A DNA stretch of 64,000 bases, taken from Octopus sinensis. Lineage: Eukaryota. How positions within the stretch are numbered: position 1 is the first letter of the stretch; every line of letters starts with the position of its first letter. This document shows positions 1 through 13,020 of this stretch, piece after piece. The stretch is from assembly GCF_006345805.1 (NCBI RefSeq), contig NC_043005.1, forward strand, positions 4,216,001-4,280,000, in the 5' to 3' direction. The translations under genes were made by a program, and so were the position numbers. The notes under the pieces were generated by a model. That model had not been told where the DNA came from. It made no database searches and saw only the letters and a list, made by a program, of their open reading frames with translations.

Positions 1-242
1 GGCTTGAAAAGGGCAATGTTTATATATATATATAAATAGAAAGAGAGGTCCATTTAAGATCAATATTTATGAAACGTATATACAGCAAATTTCTGCATTG
101 TTTCCATCTGCCAAGTTCCACTCTCTTGAATTGCCTAAGGTGCCATGCAGTAAGAATGAGCCTGAAACCATTTAGTTGTGAGGCAAACTTCTTAACAACT
201 GTGCAAGTTGCAAGGAAGAAACTTTGAGCAACTTCTGCATTA

Positions 243-671
243 TTAACTCTTTGTTACTAGATTTCTTTTGAAATCTGCTGCCTTTATTGCAATTAATTTT
301 GAAAATAATAAAGAATTTAGCAGACTAACTTCATTATTAAACTGTTGTTTCAGACATAAATTAATGAGATTTTGATGGAAGGTTTTTAACTCAAGTCACC
401 AACGTACCGGAGACCATTCATGGTTCCATGAGTCAAACTTCCTCTTTTAAAGTGATCTAAATTAAAAACCTCCATCAAAATTTCAGGTTAATTTATGTTC
501 AGAACACCAGCTTAATAATGGAAAAATTATTTACCTAATTCTTTATTTTCTCAATCAATTGAAACAAACACACCATATTACCACAGAAATATGGTGACAA
601 AAGGGTTAAAACAGAAAGTTTGTACCAAAGAACCAGGGCCATTTTGGGAGGGTTGGTATCAAAAGGTTTAA
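243..671. mobile_element. TTAA (piggyBac-type) MITE family B with a second family B copy nested in reverse (386-609)
   Basis: The outer + copy begins ttaactctttgttact and ends ggtatcaaaaggtttaa. The inner - copy is bounded by TTAA at 386-389 and 606-609. Confidence 0.7.
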
Positions 672-742
672 GTTAAGAAACAAAACTTCATGTTGTGGTC
701 TCATTTATTAAATGTTTTAGCATAAAGTCCTGAAATATCTTA

Positions 743-930
743 ATCATCATCATCATCATCATCATTTAGCGTCCGTTTTCCATGCTGGCATGGGTTGGAC
801 GGTTTAACTGAGGTCTGTGAAGCCGGAAGGCTTCATCAGGCCCAGTCAGATTTGGCAGTGTTTCTACAGCTGGATGCCCTTCCTAACGCCAACCACTCCG
901 CGAGTGTAGTGGGTGTTTTTTACATGCCAC
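743..930 (-). mobile_element. Short RTE 3'-end copy (representative; others near 7130-7330+, 8080-8215+, 11610-11776+, 34970-35300-, 42660-42800-, 45120-45330-, 47710-47920+, 54010-54200-, 55620-55900-)
   Basis: (CAT)n + ttagcgtccgttttccatgctggcatgggttggacgg...ggatgcccttcctaacgccaacc, recurring across the window. Confidence 0.85.
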
Positions 931-1008
931 CATCTTAATCATTTAATATTAGTTAATTTGATAAATCTTGTGTGTTTAAGCAAGGTAGATTGCTTGATTT
1001 TTGTTTAC

Positions 1009-1190
1009 CTGGTTGAAAGTAACTATCATAGTGTTTCACTTTATTGGCAGTGTTGACATTTGGAGGAAACAGCTGTGAAACCCTTTTAGAATTTACATTT
1101 ACATTATCTATATCAATCTCATTACGTTTCAAATTGATTTCTCTCCAATCATTGTTGGGTATTTTATTCCCGGATGTGCGCAATCCCAGG
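1009..1190 (-). CDS. Candidate antisense exon (N-rich peptide LGLRTSGNKIPNNDWREINLKRNEIDIDNVNVNSKRVSQLFPPNVNTANKVKHYDSYFQP)
   Basis: Non-microsatellite open frame on the - strand bounded by a weak ctagtccag| acceptor and a CCAG|gtaaac donor. No recognisable domain. Confidence 0.2.
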
Positions 1191-2621
1191 CTGGACTAGA
1201 TTCAAGCATTATCGGCCAACCAGGAACAAAGCCTAACATTTTGAACAAGCTGTTCAAAATGTAATTAGGCACTTTAAACGATGAAGTTAATTATATTATA
1301 ATTTTGCAGGCTTTTAATAATTCATCTTTAGACATTTAGCAAACACATATTTCAACAATTTAAAGCTGTATCGAAATAGGTAGCCATTTTGTTGTAATAT
1401 TGTTTCTCTCTTAATGGTGCAAAAGTGAGCTCTGTCCGATGAAAGGGCAGGTTTCCCAGTTGGCTGGTGCAGGGGTTCTGAAAGCGAGAAATATGTAGTG
1501 AGTGGGTATCTGCATATGTTTGGTGTGTGTGTTTGTGCATGTGTTTGGCATCTGTGTATATGCATGCATGTTGTGTGTATGCAAATGCAGTGCATGTGCA
1601 GTGGGTGGATGTGCATATGTGGTTGCGTGTATTTGTGTATGTACCATTTATACATACACACACACACACCTAACATTGACCTCAATTACATATTTACCCT
1701 TCATCAAAGATTCCCTTCTGTTCAAAGACTCCAAAGTGGAAACCCAGTTTAAACAATACTATTTTTATGACCCTTTCCTAACCCTTTCACCGTTAACAAG
1801 ACAGAATTCCCCACCAGCTTGGCCCTTCTTCACGAAAATCAGTCGGGTTGTTTCTTTATTGATTAGTATTACTGTGAAGGAGGATTATTAGGAAAATAGT
1901 AATACTAACACTACTAATCAATAAGCAATAAGTCAGCTCTTATGACCGAGCAGGACATTGTATGATTGGCTGGCGTATTTTGATGTGTGTGTGTGCTTGT
2001 TGCTGTGTGCGTACGCATATGTTTGTTATTGTGTGTGTATGTGTGTGCTTGTTATTTTGTGTGTTGTGTGTGTGTGTGCTTGTTGCTGTGTGCATGCGCA
2101 CGTTTGTTATTGTGTATGTGTGTGTATTTGTTAATGTTGTTTGTATTTGTTATTGTGTGTGTGTTCATGTAATGTGAGTGAGAAAGTCGTGTAAATAAGT
2201 TCATGTGCTTGAGAGTATGTAAGAGAAAACCTGTTCGTGTGTAGAAGTGTTTGAAGTAATGTATATCATTCCATGTGTTCTTAAGAGGTCAGTGTGTGTG
2301 TGTGTGTGTGTGCATTGGTCATGTGACAGACACCATGACACTCTACCTTTTAACAAATGTGGTCATGGTGGGAGAAAATCCTGGTAAAAGAAGTAGAATA
2401 GGAAAATATTAAATGGAATGGTTAAACCAGATTGAAGAATGGATAAGGAGGGGGGAAAGCAGCACAGAAAATTGGTCAGAGACCAGGGCAGATGGAGAAG
2501 TAGAGTTGGTTGTGTTTCTTTTGCTCTGTACACACAAACCTGTCTGAATTATAGAATTGGGTTGATTGATGATGTGTGGCTGAATCAGACCATTGCAAAT
2601 GGTCATTAACAAAAAATTATT

Positions 2622-3033
2622 TTAAAACTGTTTGATTCCATTCCATCTGAGACCACCCAGCCTTTCAGCATTCACATTATTCTATCAAAAGTAATGCTCA
2701 TTTATTCACATTGTTTTGCATGAATCATGTGTTGTTCTTCTAGCTTTGAGATTTTGATGAGGCAATTGTTAATTTTTGGAATGATATTGTAGGGTTGTGT
2801 GAGAGGCCAGATCTAGTCAGTTTAAGCATAAAACTGTGAGAATATTTTGGCAGGGTGGGGCCAGTATAAATACTAAGGGTTAAATGAATCCTTCCTTCAA
2901 AATTTCATTTCCAATTTATGTTCCAAACGCTAGCAAAATTGTGACAGTTATTTTGCTAAATCTTCATTATTTTCAAAATTAATTGAAACAAACACAATGT
3001 ATTTCAACAGAAATATGGTACCAGAAGGGTTAA
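2622..3033. mobile_element. TTAA MITE family A (~2659-2883) nested in a family B (-) copy
   Basis: Family A body (agcattc..ttattc..tcaaa..gtaatgct...aagggttaa) interrupts a family B copy that resumes at 2884 and ends agaagggttaa at 3033. Confidence 0.6.
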
Positions 3034-6000
3034 ATAGCAAATTTAACTCTCCTCTCTTCCTGCTTTCATACGTAATATTCTAAGATGTAATTTTTTTCAT
3101 ATTTCATTGACGAGAGGACTGAACAAAAGCAAAAACAGTCACTTGTTGGTTATCATCAACAATACACAGATACATGCATTGTATTTTCTTCATTTTTGTT
3201 CATACATATGAACACAATACATACATATACGCATACCTTTACACATTCACATACATACTGTGCTTCAAACACACACACACACACACACATGTATACAGGA
3301 TCATGAATACACATATGTACTCATGTCAATACACAGGGGCACACACACTCATGCCTGTGATCTGGCATTTGGCTACATTCACACAATCAATAACCTTCAT
3401 ATTTAGTTGATATCTCAATTGGTAAACATTTCAGGTACCAAGGCCCCATCATTGGGAGGGAATGGCTAGGAATGTTTATGTAGATCCTGCCATCCATTTA
3501 TGTATATATGGTGATTTAATAAGAGTTTTGACTGTTATTTCAAGCAGGTTGACATACCTAGTATGTCCTTTGATTAATTTTATATATATATGTTCTTTTA
3601 CTGGTTTGTCATTTGGCTGTGGCCATGCTGGAGCATCACCTTAAAGCGTTTTTAAAAAAATCGACCCCAGGACTTGCTCTTGGTAAGCCTAGTACTTATT
3701 CTATGGGTCTCTTTTGCCGAACCGCTAAGTTATGAGGGACATAAACATAAACGCTAAGTTACGGGGGTCAAGCGATGGTGGGAGGGGACAAACATAGACA
3801 TAAAAACACACACACGATGGGCTTCTTTCACTTTCCGTCTTCCATATCCACCCACATGGCTTTGGTTGGCCTGAGACTTAGTAAAAGACACTTGCCCAAT
3901 GTGCCACGCAGTGGGACTGAACCCGGAACCATGTGGCTTCTTATCATATACATACACTAACACATGTATGCATATATATATATATACACATACACACATA
4001 CATACATGTGTGTGTGTATGCATACAAGTGTTGGATCAGTTGAATGTCCCACTGTTAAACCACTTCTCTGAAGATGTTGTACCCAGTTTCTGTTGTATCA
4101 AATTAAGGCCAGAGCTGTGTTGGATCCATGATTTGTGTTGATCAACAGACTCACATTCAACAATCTGTTTATTCTTTGTTGATTTTCTAAAATTCCAACT
4201 ACAAACTCAATGCCATGTCTGCTTTTCTCAATACCAGCAACAATTGCCATAGAATATGTATGTGTGTGTGTGTGTATACATACACACACATGCATGTATA
4301 TGTATAGTTAACAAATGAACCGAAATTGTGTGCATAGACTTGATGTATTGGCCCAGTGCCAGCTAATTTCATGCTTGTGTGTGTAGGTATGTACTACCTG
4401 GTCGCCTAGTCTAAAGTAGGTTAGGTAGTACTACTACAGAAAACCCCTCCCCCACTACTACCACCACCACCACAACTACTCTGATGGCTTTCCCAAGCAA
4501 TCACCCATCTTGCTACCTGCCTTAACTTTAAAACAATTTGGCAGGAGGAACTGACGTGTTTTTAGCACCAGTTGCCGTAGCTAGTTACCATGTTATTTAA
4601 GGCATAGTTTGAGAGGAATGTTCCACCCGCATTATTGGTTGTGGGGGTGGAGAGTAATTAATGGTAGAGGACTAAACCAGAATAGAATTTCATGATGTAT
4701 TGTGTTTGGGAGATATTTGGGTTAAGTTGTAAAGCAGAGCAGTCACCAACAGGAAGAGATCTCGTGAATTAGCTCTTCACTTGCAAGTCTGATGATGATG
4801 GAGCCAGTTGTTATCACTGGAACATTAACTAGAATAAAGCAAGTTATAAAAGATGGATGGTGTGTGTGAGAGACTTGTACTTGTGATGAGGGATACTGTT
4901 TCTCAACAACAGCCTTAGGCATTTTGTTCTTGTGCTGAAAGTGCTTTGATATTTCTAAGTAGACATGGCAGACTCTGTGTGGTGAGAAGCTTGCTTCACA
5001 ACCTTGTGGTTTTGGGTTCAGTCCCACTGCACAGCGGCCAAGTGGTTAGGGTATTTGGCTCATGATCACAAGGTCATGAGTTTCCTTGGGCAAGACACAT
5101 TTTCATTATTGCTCCAGAGCCCTCAGCAGGCAAAAATGAGTTGTACCCACATTTCAAAGGGCCAGCCTGGTCACATTCTGTTTCAACTGAGTTTTCCTGA
5201 GAACCCCATTAAGGGCACACTTGTCTATGGAGTGCTCCTCAACTTGCACATTAATTTCACAAGTCATAAGCAGGCTGTTCCGTTTATTAGATCAATTGGA
5301 ACCCTTGGCATTGTAACCAATGGAGTGCTAGTTATATACACACATATATATTATGTGTATGTATGTAAAATAATGTTGTCATCGTCATCATCATGATTGT
5401 GTTAACGTCCAATTTCCAAACCTGTATGAGTTATATGCTATTCATTGAAGCAGGTTTTTGTATGGCCAGATTCCTTCCTGTTGCCAATCACACTTTTTTC
5501 CAAGCAAGGTAATATTTCCCCATGGCCTGACATGTTTTTCACAGAAGATTGGAAATGAAGGCCACTGCTTGTATGACAGTGGCACTCGTTTACAACTTTC
5601 ATGTGATGTTAAGAGACAGTAACACACACACACGGCTTCTCTCACTTTCCATCCACCACATCCACTCGAAAGGCTTTGGTCATTCTTGGGCTATAGAAGA
5701 AGATACCTACCCAAGATGCTACTCAGTTGGATTGAACCTGCAACCACATTGTTTGGAAGCAAACTTCTTAACCACACAGCCATGTCTGCTTGTAAGCTAT
5801 TTAAAGTACTGGCATTAACTTATTTTATTGGTTATTGCTGGTATTAATCTCCTAAACATATTTTACTCTATTTATTCTCTTATCAATTATTAAGAGACTA
5901 AACAAGAGAAGACGACCTTTGACAGTAAAAGATTTTCCTTTTTGCATCTTTCAGCTTTTTCACATGAATTACATTTTGCTTTGCCTCCAACTAAAAACTG

Positions 6001-7349
6001 TTTAGTCCAGCAGGTAGCTTTTTTATAACACCCAGGAAAAATAATTATTATAAATAAGGTCACCCGACTACAGCCTACAATTATTCACTTAGTTTAAAAT
6101 TCATTTCATTTGATGTAAGCCTTCAATTTGATTCATTACAAGACAATGACTGCTGCTAATTCCTTAATGATCATTAATACAGTTAAATGAAATTGTTTTA
6201 ATTAATCTGGGTCTTTTTTCTCTTTATTAAACGATAGGAACATAGGTGGGCCTGATTGGTTTGAAAATCTGGGAAAATATTTATGAACAGCTGAGCTTCT
6301 GATGTTTGGCAAGGGTTTTCAAGTCAACTGGAACATTCTAAGGAGGGAATCTCTTCATGGTGGTCTCTCAACCTGCAAGTCATAGATGCTAAATCTCCCT
6401 AAAAGTCAAGCATACACTAGACGATGTACTCTCAGATATACTGTCTCTGACAATACAAAAAAAAATAAGACACTGGTGCAGACATAGCTGTGTGGTTAAA
6501 GAATTTGCTTTCCGACCATGTAGTTCCTGGTTCAATCTTACTACCAGGCACTTTGGGTGTCTTCTACTATAGCTACAGACTGACCAAAGCCTATAAGTAG
6601 ACTTGGTAGAAACTAAATAAAGCTTGTCTCGTGTGTGTGTCTCCCTCCCTCCCTCATCTTTGCGTGTGTTTTCTGGTCATAAACAATGACCTCACTGACT
6701 GTCCTTTGTGAAAGCATGTCCACATTCCTAGGCATGTTGCTTAATCTCTGTAAACAAAAGGCTCATTTATATGGTGTCATTTGTTTCTAGTTCTCCATGT
6801 AACCATGTCCGAACTGCTGTTCAGTTGACTGGAAGATTATTACCTCAGGTGGAGGTTGACATCAGGAAGGGCATCCAACCATAGAAAACTCTGCCCCAAG
6901 TACTCTTTACTGATTTATGTAAGTTAAGAAAAGTGAATGTTGAAACAATAATGATTATCTTACTCTCTAACTCATTCTCCTTTTTTTCCCCATCTGGAGT
7001 ATCCATGTATCTACTCTGCATCAAGACACTTATCTCTGGTCCTCTATACCTTTTAATCTCTCAGCTGATACAAAGCCTTCTCTTCCCTCCCAGTTGAGGG
7101 TTTTTCGTCTTGCAATGTACTTGGTGACCTGCCAGTACTGGCACTGGTGCCACAGGAAAAGTTCTGGTACTGGTACCACGTGAAAAAGTACTCGGTACAC
7201 TCTGTAAAGTGGTTGGCATTAGGAAGGGTATCCACCTGTAGAAACCATACCAAGACACTATGGAACCTTGTGCAGATCCCAGCCTTGCCAGATCCTGATA
7301 GCACAGGGAAAGAATATTAAATGATAACGAATAATTAGTTTATTTTCTA

Positions 7350-7860
7350 CAGTGATCAGGTGCACTTCAACTCATTGGAAAAGGGTAAGAAAGGGGACAG
7401 AAAGCAGTAGTAATTCATGTAAAGAAAGATAGCAATGAATGTTGGGAGTAGATGCACAGTTCACAGAATAAAACACAAAAGACAGAAAAGTGAACAGTAA
7501 AAGAGCCATGAAGAGGTGAGGGTGGTTAGGCATGCTGGGAGTAGTTTTGGGAAGAATGGAAGGATTCAGTGTCTTGACAGGTTAACAACTGATGTGGGTA
7601 GTTTTTCATGTTTTGGCTGTTCTGAGAATGAAACAAGTGTTTCTGAAAGTCACGAGTGCTGTGCTGTTTGATGATTTTATTGGTATGTCTCATGGGTGGA
7701 AGATATATTGAATTCTAAAAAGGTGGCCAAAGTTGTTGGAAAAGATGGTGGATAATCTTGTAGGCTTCTTCCAAGACAGCCGTTATATGTCAGAACTTGT
7801 GTCTGCCAATGCCTGAAGAAACAAGATGTTCAAAATGTGGTAAGTGACTGAAAGGGGTTT
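7350..7860 (-). mobile_element. CR1/L2-like LINE 3' fragment
   Basis: Degenerate - strand peptide LEEAYKIIH...DFQKHLF resembles the CR1 ORF2 C-terminus. Homologous to 41.8-42.1 kb. Confidence 0.55.
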
Positions 7861-8490
7861 GTCATTTAGTTGTACATGTCTTGTGTTAAAATATTTAATG
7901 TAAGGAACATTTGAAGTACACAGCTAAGGACCACTGCAGGCAGTTTAGTCTTTAACGACCCCTGAGTGTGAAAAAACGTTTTGTTCATTGTATTGAAATT
8001 AAGAAGTACTTGTGATTTAGGCTTTCAGCAAAACAGCATTAAATTGTTGAAAATGTTAAATTTTGAAAATTTCCTAAACAGCATCCAGCTGTAGAAACTC
8101 TGCCAGATCAGATTGGAGCCTGGTGCAGCCATCTGGTTCGCCAGTCCTCAGTCAAACCATCCAACCCATGCTAGCATGGAAAGCGGATGTTAAACGACAA
8201 TGATGATGATGATGAGAGATTTGACTGAGGGACAATTCTGTGGTGATTACACCTTATTATTTGAATGAGAAATTAAAATATGCAAACATAGAAAACTGTA
8301 TAAATAGTAATAATAAGGCTACATTTCTTTTTCTTTTTTAGTTTTAAGGCTTCATATTTCTGACTGCAAATCCTGCTGCTCTTGCTTTTTTGCCTTTCAG
8401 CATTGCAATGTTGATAAAATAACTGCTAGGATTATTATACAAAGGTCAACCCACTTAAGCCTGTTCCTTCTTTGGAATACATTGACCTTA

Positions 8491-8549
<59 letters not shown>
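8491..8549. repeat. (TG)n(TA)n microsatellite
   Basis: Direct reading. Many similar tracts, e.g. 17081-17116, 21307-21362 (GA), 21594-21634, 25528-25572, 37566-37602. Confidence 0.98.
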
Positions 8550-8552
<3 letters not shown>

Positions 8553-9595
8553 GTGGCGGCATGTAACTGGAATCTCTATGTAGGTTGACATTAGTGTTGA
8601 CTAATGTTGATAGCCTCAGCTATGATTCTAAATAACTCCTATGCTTAAGGCCAGGATCTGGTTAGGTTGTCTGTCACAAGATAATGAACTTTTCAGGCTG
8701 TTTTGAGAGGGAGATGAGTCAGAAAAAGAATTAGGTTGTGTTGCATCATACACTTCATATGTTTATGTGCGTATTCTCACATGCTTATGTTTTTATATAA
8801 AGGATGATCCTTATTATTTTCTGTGGTGAGGGTCATGACTCATTACTGTACAAGGTTTTGTGGTGCAAAACTGTTGTAGTCGATAACTTACAGATTGTTT
8901 CACTTCTGTGATTAATCACTCAATTTTTATTTTCTCTCATTTGTTTAGATTGTGGAAGTATTTCTTTGTTCTGCCAGGGCTGAATAAGCGGTAGAGCTAG
9001 GCACTGGCCAAAGGTTTTCATCATTTTATTATAACAACAATTTTCATTCCTGCAAGTAAATTGTTGTTACAATGAGCTGTGTCATTAGTTTCTCAGATTA
9101 AATATCATAAAAGTTAGCCCAGGTATGGGTGTCAGATTTAAACCTTCAATAAAACTGACCACAATTAATTGAGTCATTAGAGATTAAATATCGTTAAAAG
9201 TTATTGTTTAGGCATGCTTAGTCATGAGCATGTTAATCTAATCTCTTCTGTGACACACTTATTCTGTCAATGGTTACTTAATACTCAATCAAACCTACCA
9301 CCTACTCTAAGTGAATAGGTGCTACAAGGAGAGAGAAACAACTCGATGCTGTTAACAACAAGAGGACCCTGCACTTTTTGAGGGTTTCATTTTTGTGTAC
9401 AGTTCTTGGTTTGCATTGCACTGTAATTTGGTGTCTTATCCTAGGAAAGAGAGAGTCTTGAAAATGTTTTCTAGATGTAAACAGAAATACTGATGCTTTC
9501 CAAAAGTACTAAAAAAAAAAAAGAAAATCTAAAAACATTCATTATCTACTGGAGGCCTAACGTTACATTTATTTTAGCACCCTCATTAGGTTCCT

Positions 9596-9801
9596 TTAAC
9601 CCTTTTGTTATCATATTTCCGATGGAATACACTGCTTTTGTTTCAATTAATTTTAAAATGCTGAAAAATTTAGTAAAATGACTTTGTCATTCTGAAGGTG
9701 GTATTTGGGACATTAACATGGTATTTTGATGGAAAGTTTTTAGGAAGTCTGTATCATAAAGCCAGGGGAAGCCTCAGCTGGGTTGGCATCAAAAGGTTTA
9801 A
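9596..9801 (+). mobile_element. TTAA MITE family B, near-complete copy (others at 13030-13250, 38568-38790, 40007-40200, 40720-40866, 59740-59880)
   Basis: TTAACCCTTTTG ... CAAAAGGTTTAA terminal inverted repeats with TTAA ends. Confidence 0.75.
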
Positions 9802-12302
9802 TCATTGGCCTGAAGATATTGACAACATTACTTTTACTAGTTCGGGGAAATCCTGCAAAGTTAAAGGCCTCGTCTCACTCCCCTCTTTTATTGGCCATGG
9901 AACCCACCCCATTCTGTTAGTGAAGGATTTCTCTACTTACCTTTGGATGAAGGTAATAGATTTTATAAACATTACTGTGCAGTTAAGATCACTTCCCAAT
10001 CATGTGGTTTCGGTTTCATTCCCAGTGTGTGGCACTTTGGGAAGTGTCTTCTACTACAGCTCTGGGTCAACCAAAACTTTGTGTGTGGACCTTAGTTGAC
10101 AGAAACTGAAAGCAGCCCATCGTATATGCATGTCTACACGTGTGTGTTTGTGTGAGTGAACTTATATTTCGCAAGTCTAAATGTGTTCGTTTGCTGGTTT
10201 GCAAACTCAAACACTCATTTCAGTGCCCTCTGTTTATGGGTTCCCATGTAAACCATGTCCTCAGCTGTTTGTTGTTTGATAGACGGGGATGTTATTACCT
10301 TATTTGGAAACAAATGGGGTTTGGCATCAAGAAAGGCATCCGGCCTTAGAAAGCTCTGCCCCAATATACTTTCATCTGACCTATGCATTACAAATGGTCA
10401 TTACATTGATGACAGCTATCAAATTTATTGATCTTGCTTCTGTTGTTGTGTCTTAAATATTTGAATTTCCTGATTTAAAGCTAAAAATGAGAATCTCAAT
10501 AAAACTTAGCTCAGAGTTAACTCTTAGATATTGCTGTTGTGTTTTTAAGTGAACTTGAATTTTTCTTTAGCACAACATAGTGTCACAGCTGGTTCAGTGG
10601 CTTGGGTGTTGTCAGTCAATAGGAGAATGGTTGGTCTTGATCGATAGATTTGGTTTCTATGTTGCTTGTTAGTGTTTTTAGTACTCTGTTGGGATTATGT
10701 CCATTGTTAAGTTGTTTATTTAAAAAATTTATATCATCATCATCGTTTAACATCCACTTTCCATGCTAGCATGGGTTATATATATATATATATACATACA
10801 TACATTACCTGGATTACTACTTCTAATTGTAAATCTATGCTAAGATATACGTAGCTCACAACCAAAAGCTGTGTCACTACTGAACGAGTCTCTATATAGA
10901 AACCCATTATCAGATCATTGTGGAGTTCTCAATATGGTTGCTAAACCAGCTAAAAATTGCAACCAAATTTCCTCAATTATATCTATATAATTCTGTATAA
11001 ATATCAGGAAAATAAGACCGTTTCATTGTTATATATAATTACAGTTATTTTGAGTATAGATAATTAGATTAAATAGATTGTGTTATAAACTTGTATGATA
11101 ATTATAAAAAAGTCTGTAATAAATGAGTTTGCTCTGAGTTTGTATTTGTAAATTATATTTTATTTATAATAAAATGATTATTATCTAAGAATTTATCAGT
11201 GGTACGTTAAGTAGACAGAAATATATTTTTTTTTGTACATAGCTCACCTTTGCAAGCTGTGCAAATACATGCTGTGCTGTCATAGCTCACCCCTGCAAGC
11301 TGTGTCACCATTTGAGTAAGTCTCTACAAAGTCTCATCAAATCAATGAGGTGACCTCTGTGTGATCTCTTGATCTGCTAGAAATTGCAGCCAAACCTCTT
11401 CAAATCACGCCTAACATTTTAAAAAGGTGAGTGGGGAAAAAGTACACGCTGGTTAATATTGTCATGGATGTATAGAAAGATGGGTTGCTTGTAAGTAGAA
11501 TACCTTTCATCAGCTGTGGGCAAACTGTGGCCCATGGGACTTTCTGAATGGCATACCATCAGAATTCTTTTTGTAGAGCGGCCCACCTGATTTAAGTCAT
11601 GTTTAAAAAGCACCCACTATACTCTCGGAGTGGTTGGCATTAGGAAGGGCATCCAGCTGTAGAAACTCTGCCAGATCAAGATTGGAGCCTGGTTCAGCTG
11701 TCTGGTTCACCAGCCATCAGTCAAAATCGTCCAACCCATGCTAGCATGGAAAGCGGACGTTAAATAATGATGATGTTTCATGGGACCCTTTTCTAGAAAA
11801 AGGTTATCCATAATTACCATTGATCATATATCAACTTGATCAGGGCTTAGCAACAACATGGACACTGTATTACAACTAAAGGTCAAATCATTTCAAATTT
11901 AGATTGGGTGTAATTGAAGACAGATTGGTATTTTATATCCTATTTACCAGTGCTAAACTGTGTTGGTTGTCCATGATTCCACTTTATTCTATCTAGCTTA
12001 TTCTAACTGTAAATAAGCACTTTGGTTAAGTACGATCCACCACTGAAAGCAATAATTCTACTTGTATAGTGTTCAAGTCTAATTTGCCTTATATATATTG
12101 CATGCAGTCTTAAGTGATGCCCCATAAGACCCAGCAAGTTACAGAACTCACATTTGATCATGTTTAGTATTCCCAAGGGATCAAGTAATTAGAAAAGTTA
12201 CATACATGACTGAGCAAGGGGGAGACGTGAGGCACCTTTGATTAAATAAATGCTTTTGATACCAACTCCCTTGAGACCACTCATGCTTCTATGATACAAG
12301 CT

Positions 12303-13020
12303 TCATCATCGTCACCGTTTAACGTCTGCTTTCCATGCCAGCATGGGTTAGACAGTTTGACTGAGGGCTGGCGAGCCATGAGGCGACACCAGGCTCCAAT
12401 CCGATCTGGCAATGTTTCTATAGCTGGATGCCTTTCCTAATGCCAGCCACTCTGAGAGTGTAGTGGGTGCTTTTTACATGCCACCAACATGAGGGCCAGT
12501 CAGGTGGCACTGGCATCAACCATGTTTGAATGGTGCTTTTTATGTGCCACCAGCACAGGAGCCAGTCAGGTGGCACTGGCATCGACCATGCTCGAATGGT
12601 GCTTTTTATGTACCACCAGCACGGGTGCCAATCAGGCAGTACTGTCGTTGGCCATGACAACTTCACTTGCCTCAACAGGTCTTCACAAGCACAGTTTATT
12701 GCCCAATGATTGAAGGGTGCTCTTAAATGGGCTGGTTATGCTGCACTGGCATAGGCTATGGTTAGTCTCACTTGGCTCGCCGGGTCTTCTCAAGCACAAC
12801 ATATCTCCATAGGTCACTTGTCATTGCCTTGGTGAGACCCAACGTTTGAAGGTCATGCTTCAACACCTCATCCCAGGTCTTCATGTGTCAATCTCTTCCA
12901 CAGGTTCCCTCTACTGCTAGGATGTAACACTTTTTCACTCAGCTGTCCTCATCTACATGCAACACATGACCATTCCAGTGCAGTCGTCTCTCTTGCACAC
13001 CACATCTGATGCTTGTTATG
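12303..13020 (-). mobile_element. RTE LINE 3' fragment (ORF2 C-terminus and 3' UTR with ~66-nt tandem repeats)
   Basis: The - strand encodes degenerate RRLHWNGHV...VEGTCGR..KTWDEVLKHDL..LGLT, followed by the same 3' UTR and (GAT)n tail as the 18.4-20.1 kb element. Confidence 0.85.

Noticed and set aside
1314-2177. Overlapping C/V/H/T-rich ORFs (and similar ones at 3174, 14044, 17544, 22653, 33567, 48890, 52770, 60536)
   Set aside because: They are translations of (TG)n/(CA)n/(CT)n/(CAT)n simple repeats, which lack stop codons. No protein motifs.
12480-12660. Regularly spaced ~66-nt repeats resembling a CRISPR array
   Set aside because: Eukaryotic context, no unique spacers. These are the tandem repeats of the RTE 3' UTR.
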